Position numbers and translations under genes: made by a program
DNA from: Escherichia coli
GTDB lineage: Bacteria; Pseudomonadota; Gammaproteobacteria; Enterobacterales; Enterobacteriaceae
NCBI RefSeq assembly: GCF_041886205.1
Contig: NZ_CP169029.1
Reading direction: 5' to 3' (one strand)
DNA: 64,000 nucleotides
The notes under the pieces: generated by a model
Told to the model about the DNA's origin: nothing
Databases searched by the model: none
Seen by the model: only the letters and a program-made list of their open reading frames with translations
In this document: positions 62,646 to 64,000 of the stretch, in pieces
Layout: every line of letters starts with the position of its first letter
Position numbering within the stretch: position 1 is the first letter of the stretch

Positions 62646-62663
62646 TTCTTACAGTTGTAAGAA
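62646..62663. promoter_or_regulatory. EvgA box, consensus-perfect inverted repeat (TTCTTACA-GT-TGTAAGAA) upstream of frc
   Basis: Exact match to the EvgA consensus about 250 nt upstream of the frc ATG. Confidence 0.6.
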
Positions 62664-62914
62664 TAACATCACAAATGTCGCGACTCTCTCTGATTACCAC
62701 GAATCAATATTTATCATATTCTTCTTTTCGTCCTCACTACTTACCATGCAGAAAGGAATTGGAAGTGGCGATGAAATGATTTTCAGCACTTGATACAGGA
62801 TTTTAAAAATATCTAGTGCAGCTACGACGATATTTTGCGGGTTATTTATAGAAGATATTACGCCTTAAATAAACGCTAAATTAACACATATTTAATTAAC
62901 TAATAGGTATTGCT

Positions 62915-64000
62915 ATGTCAACTCCACTTCAAGGAATTAAAGTTCTCGATTTCACCGGTGTGCAATCTGGCCCATCTTGTACTCAAATGCTGGCCTGGTT
63001 TGGCGCTGACGTTATTAAAATTGAACGTCCCGGCGTTGGTGACGTAACGCGTCACCAGCTGCGAGATATTCCTGATATCGATGCGCTTTACTTCACCATG
63101 CTTAACAGTAACAAACGTTCTATTGAGTTAAATACCAAAACAGCGGAAGGCAAAGAGGTAATGGAAAAGCTGATCCGCGAAGCTGATATCTTAGTCGAGA
63201 ACTTTCATCCAGGGGCCATTGATCACATGGGCTTCACCTGGGAGCATATTCAAGAAATCAATCCACGTCTGATTTTTGGTTCGATCAAAGGGTTTGATGA
63301 GTGTTCGCCTTATGTGAATGTAAAAGCCTATGAAAACGTTGCTCAGGCAGCGGGTGGCGCGGCATCCACTACGGGTTTTTGGGATGGTCCGCCGCTGGTA
63401 AGCGCTGCAGCGTTGGGTGACAGCAACACCGGAATGCATTTGCTGATCGGTTTACTTGCTGCTTTGCTGCATCGCGAAAAAACGGGGCGTGGGCAACGAG
63501 TCACCATGTCAATGCAGGATGCCGTATTGAACCTTTGCCGCGTGAAATTACGTGACCAGCAGCGTCTCGATAAATTGGGTTATCTGGAAGAATACCCGCA
63601 GTATCCGAATGGTATATTTGGTGATGCAGTTCCCCGCGGTGGTAATGCAGGTGGTGGCGGTCAGCCTGGCTGGATCCTGAAATGTAAAGGCTGGGAAACC
63701 GATCCTAACGCCTATATTTATTTCACTATTCAGGAGCAAAACTGGGAAAACACCTGTAAAGCCATCGGCAAACCAGAATGGATTACCGATCCGGCATACA
63801 GTACAGCCCATGCACGACAGCCACATATTTTCGATATTTTTGCTGAAATCGAAAAATACACTGTCACTATTGATAAACATGAAGCGGTGGCCTATTTGAC
63901 TCAGTTTGATATTCCTTGTGCACCGGTTTTAAGTATGAAAGAAATTTCACTTGATCCCTCTTTGCGCCAAAGTGGCAGTGTTGTTGAAGTGGAACAACCG
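62915..64000 (+). CDS. frc: Formyl-CoA:oxalate CoA-transferase Frc (YfdW), N-terminal ~362 codons (3' end outside the window)
   Basis: Open frame to window end; N-terminus [37 protein letters not shown] typical of family III CoA-transferases; start coordinate +/-1. Confidence 0.85.
   Translation, partial: MSTPLQGIKVLDFTGVQSGPSCTQMLAWFGADVIKIERPGVGDVTRHQLRDIPDIDALYFTMLNSNKRSIELNTKTAEGKEVMEKLIREADILVENFHPGAIDHMGFTWEHIQEINPRLIFGSIKGFDECSPYVNVKAYENVAQAAGGAASTTGFWDGPPLVSAAALGDSNTGMHLLIGLLAALLHREKTGRGQRVTMSMQDAVLNLCRVKLRDQQRLDKLGYLEEYPQYPNGIFGDAVPRGGNAGGGGQPGWILKCKGWETDPNAYIYFTIQEQNWENTCKAIGKPEWITDPAYSTAHARQPHIFDIFAEIEKYTVTIDKHEAVAYLTQFDIPCAPVLSMKEISLDPSLRQSGSVVEVEQP

Overview
This window reads as ordinary, well-characterised Escherichia coli core chromosome, and I found no novel biological system in it. 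Identification rests on protein sequences I recognise (for example HPr, EIIA-Glc, LigA, GluRS, the Eut proteins) and on gene order; no database search was run. Relative to the K-12 map as I recall it, the window is in reverse-complement orientation. It runs from the 3' end of eutJ through eutGHABCLKR, hemF, amiA, ypeA-yfeZ-yfeY-yfeX, yfeW-murP-murQ and divergent murR, ucpA, cysPUWA, cysM, yfeK, pdxK, crr-ptsI-ptsH, cysK, cysZ, zipA, ligA, ypeB, yfeH, yfeR, a small FlxA-like ORF, the valU-valX-valY-lysV tRNA operon, gltX, yfeD, yfeC, one tRNA-Ala, yfeA(pdeA), nupC, mntH, ypeC, yfeO, glk, fryB-fryC-ypdF-ypdE-fryA, ypdC, ypdB-ypdA, alaC, ypdK, lpxP, yfdY, ypdI, yfdX and the 5' part of frc. That is about 66 protein genes and 5 tRNAs, plus REP/BIME repeats and intrinsic terminators. 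There is no CRISPR array, IS element, transposase, integrase, prophage or defence-island-like cluster. The most interesting points are strain-level differences from K-12 MG1655, all judged from memory of the K-12 map: the eut operon is uninterrupted (no CPZ-55 prophage between eutA and eutB), no IS186 sits between nupC and yfeA, yfeS is absent between yfeK and cysM, there is one tRNA-Ala instead of two, and the xapR-xapB-xapA-yfeN block next to lysV is replaced by a single Q-rich FlxA-like ORF with a sigma-28-like promoter. Gene starts were derived from the ORF track plus codon offsets; coordinates of regulatory elements and hairpins are approximate (about +/-2 nt).
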